Shown here in pieces: positions 61,296-64,000 of a stretch of DNA of 64,000 nt. Location of the stretch: contig JAHYJR010000002.1 in the NCBI GenBank assembly GCA_019429005.1, positions 1 to 64,000 on the forward strand. The letters are read 5' to 3'. The notes beneath the pieces were generated by a model that was not told where the DNA came from, did not search any database, and saw only the letters and a list, made by a program, of their open reading frames with translations. The stretch comes from Nanobdellati archaeon. Its GTDB lineage: Archaea > EX4484-52 > GLR71. Both the position numbers and the translations under genes were made by a program. How positions within the stretch are numbered: position 1 is the stretch's first letter; each line of letters opens with the position of its first letter.

Positions 61296-62240
61296 TCACT
61301 TCATCAAAGACAACATATGAATTCTTTTAACCATATTCGGATGAGTACTCATCAGTTCCATAAACTTATCAGATTGTGTTATTGAGACTTTCCTATTTCT
61401 TATAGCTCTAAGTTCTCGCTCATCAATATCACCACTTCCATCAGTATCAACTAATTTTAACTCCGTAAGTTCTCGTGATGCACGAGACGGATCATTTGCA
61501 AAAAATGCTTTCATACCCTCAACATGCTTAAGTTCTGCCTTTGAAACTCTTGCACTACCATAAACAAGTTTAAATAAAGCTGATGCAAGTGCAGTTGGCT
61601 TATTACCGAGTTCAACACTACCTAAATCTGCATAATATTCACGTACTCTTGATGCATATAATACTATTAAATTAGTAAGTAAATAGATACCAAATGCAGC
61701 AATACCTATTGCAATAGTATTACCTCTATCCCTATCACCAGAAAACATAAAATTCCATGCTAAATACCACGCAATCATAGGTACTACGCTTATAAGTGTT
61801 ATAACAAGAACATCTCTATTCTTTATATGACTGATTTCATGCCCAATCACAGCCCTAAGCTCGTCCTCACTCAAAAGCTCAAGTATACCGTTTGTAACGC
61901 AAACTCTACTATCTGTCATCCAACGTCCAAATGCAAACGCATTAGGGATATTCATATTTGAAATACCTACTTTTGGTTTAGGAATACCTGCTTTTTTAGA
62001 TAATTCTTCAACCATTTTATGAAGCTCAGGATTTTCTGTTTTTGATACATATTTGATTTTCATAGACCATTCGACAATTTTAGGGCCAATCATATACTGT
62101 ACAAACATCATTACAGTTGCAAGAACTGCATAAAAAACAAAATTACCTATACCTAAATAAGCACCAGCAAGAGTCATAAGCGTATATAATATTGCAAAAA
62201 GAACAGTCATTACGCCATACATTTTAAGTTGAAGCCACAT
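61296..62240 (-). CDS. htpX: Zinc metalloprotease HtpX (M48)
   Basis: PNAFAFG, GHEISH, SRVREYYAD, STHP. Confidence 0.95.
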   Translation of the reverse strand: MWLQLKMYGVMTVLFAILYTLMTLAGAYLGIGNFVFYAVLATVMMFVQYMIGPKIVEWSMKIKYVSKTENPELHKMVEELSKKAGIPKPKVGISNMNIPNAFAFGRWMTDSRVCVTNGILELLSEDELRAVIGHEISHIKNRDVLVITLISVVPMIAWYLAWNFMFSGDRDRGNTIAIGIAAFGIYLLTNLIVLYASRVREYYADLGSVELGNKPTALASALFKLVYGSARVSKAELKHVEGMKAFFANDPSRASRELTELKLVDTDGSGDIDERELRAIRNRKVSITQSDKFMELMSTHPNMVKRIHMLSLMK

Positions 62241-62340
62241 AATAATCACTAAATATTATATGAAAACATTAATTTAAAAGGTTTTCTAAAGGAAATATTT
62301 TATACAAGGATTCAAGTAATCCATTAATCCCATAAAAACA

Positions 62341-64000
62341 TCAATCAAAATACGCATTCAGAACATACTGCTCAACCATACGGTGCGTATTGAAGAAAGA
62401 CGCATTAAAAGCAATAGCATGTTTCATTATATTCCGCCATTCTTTAGAATCATTATAATATTTAAAAATTATATTTTCTAATTTCTTATACATATCATCA
62501 GAATCTTCATGATTTGTATTTTCTTTTGGATTTCTGCACCCAATAGACCATCCTGTAACATTTTCAACATGACCTTCAAGCCACCAACCATCAAGAACAC
62601 TTAAGCTAGGTACACCATTATGGCATGCTTTCATTCCAGACGTGCCTGATGCTTCAAGAGGACGAAGAGGTGTATTTAACCATAAATCTCCACCAGCAAC
62701 TAGTATCTTTGCAGTCTCCATATTATAATTTTCAATATAAACAACTTTTATTGAATCTTTAAGATCTGTTACTTTTAAAAATATGTTCTTTATTATATCC
62801 TTTCCTGGCTGATCATTAGGATGCGCTTTTCCAGCATAAATTATTTGAAATGCACCAACATTTTTAGAAATATCAATCAATTTTTTAATATCTGTAAAAA
62901 GAAGATCTGCCCGTTTATATGTTGCACTCCTACGAGCAAAAACAATTGTAAATACATCAGGATCCATACCAACATTAGTCTTTTGATTTACAAAATCAAT
63001 AAGATCTTTTTTGGCATTTTCATGTGTTTCCCAAATCTTCTGTTTAGGTATATTTAATGCATATCGTAATGTAAATGGATCCTTTTGCCAACCAGGTATA
63101 AATCGATCATAAAGTTCTTTAAAATGTTTAGATGTCCATGTTGCTGAATGTACACCATTTGTTATTGAATCAATCATATAACCAGGAAACATTTGTCTTG
63201 AAATTTCTCCATGCTTTTTTGCAACACCATTTATATGTTTACTATAATCAAGTGCAAGATAAGTCAAATTAAGTGCACCGTCATGAAATAAAGGTTTCAT
63301 TTCATCAAAAGGTATAATTTCCCCAACTACAGATCTAACAAGATCTTCTGAAAACGTATCATGTCCAGCAGGCACAGGTGTATGTGTTGTAAAAACACAT
63401 TTATTCCTCACAGCTTCTCGTAATTTATTTCCAGTATGTTTAACTCTTTTTTTCCTAAGCAATTCAAGTATAAGAAGACTTGAATGACCCTCATTCATAT
63501 GATATTTTTTAATATTTGAATATCCTAATTTATCAAGAATACGAATACCGCCAATACCAAGTATAATCTCTTGACAAAGTCGATATTTATGATCGCCACC
63601 ATAAAGATAATCTGTGATATGCCTATCATTCTCAGCATTTTCTTCTAAATCAGTATCAAGAAAAATTACAGGCACTTGAAATTTATTCACACCTGTTACT
63701 TTGTATTTCCATGCTGTTACAGCAACTTCTCTTCCTTCAATAGTAACATAAATCTTTTTATTAAGTTTATTAAGCTGTTTTTCAGGTTCCCAAATCACGG
63801 GTTCTTCAGTTTGTATGCCCTGTTCATTGAGTTTTTGTAAAAAATAGCCTTTACGATACAATAATGTAATTGCGACAAGAGGTACATTCAAATCAGCACA
63901 ACTTTTTATGCTATCTCCTGCAAGTATACCAAGACCGCCACTATATGTCGGTATTTTTTCATCTAAACCGATTTCCATACTAAAATATGCAATTTTTCGT
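62341..64000 (-). CDS. glgP: Alpha-glucan (glycogen/maltodextrin) phosphorylase, 5' end beyond the window
   Basis: RKIAYFSMEIG, YSGGLG.LAGD, HMNEGH, FTTHTPVPAGHD, EASGTSGMK. Confidence 0.95.
   Translation of the reverse strand, partial: RKIAYFSMEIGLDEKIPTYSGGLGILAGDSIKSCADLNVPLVAITLLYRKGYFLQKLNEQGIQTEEPVIWEPEKQLNKLNKKIYVTIEGREVAVTAWKYKVTGVNKFQVPVIFLDTDLEENAENDRHITDYLYGGDHKYRLCQEIILGIGGIRILDKLGYSNIKKYHMNEGHSSLLILELLRKKRVKHTGNKLREAVRNKCVFTTHTPVPAGHDTFSEDLVRSVVGEIIPFDEMKPLFHDGALNLTYLALDYSKHINGVAKKHGEISRQMFPGYMIDSITNGVHSATWTSKHFKELYDRFIPGWQKDPFTLRYALNIPKQKIWETHENAKKDLIDFVNQKTNVGMDPDVFTIVFARRSATYKRADLLFTDIKKLIDISKNVGAFQIIYAGKAHPNDQPGKDIIKNIFLKVTDLKDSIKVVYIENYNMETAKILVAGGDLWLNTPLRPLEASGTSGMKACHNGVPSLSVLDGWWLEGHVENVTGWSIGCRNPKENTNHEDSDDMYKKLENIIFKYYNDSKEWRNIMKHAIAFNASFFNTHRMVEQYVLNAYFD

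Noticed and set aside
847-63057. Numerous short antisense/overlapping ORFs in the track (e.g. 847-1263, 5292-5834, 19737-20183, 45233-45664, 55702-56127)
   Set aside because: Lie opposite well-supported genes and have no recognisable motifs

Overview
Very AT-rich archaeal chromosomal segment, most likely from a DPANN lineage (fused PriS-PriL primase, archaeal GluRS/ValRS, aIF5A, Rpl10e, RNase J, an alpha3-type histone missed by the ORF track, tRNA-Leu(GAG)). Core genes alternate with small accessory genes and many decayed gene fragments (UvrD, transposase, HIT, AlkD, racemase, methyltransferase, ABC transporter, GNATs). No CRISPR array, rRNA or intact mobile element is visible. The most notable signals are: (i) an archaeal ether-lipid cluster with a tandem pair of GGGP synthases, the upstream copy lacking the glycerol-1-phosphate motifs but keeping the oligomer-interface motifs; (ii) the same 'dead copy upstream of active copy' layout for PEP synthase, where the paralog keeps essentially only the phospho-His carrier motif; (iii) a third intact pseudoenzyme (NagD-like HAD with all catalytic motifs replaced); (iv) apparent ATT/ATA start codons (forced for RNase J); (v) short tandem repeats abutting promoters. 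All calls are by visual motif recognition only; no database search was run.
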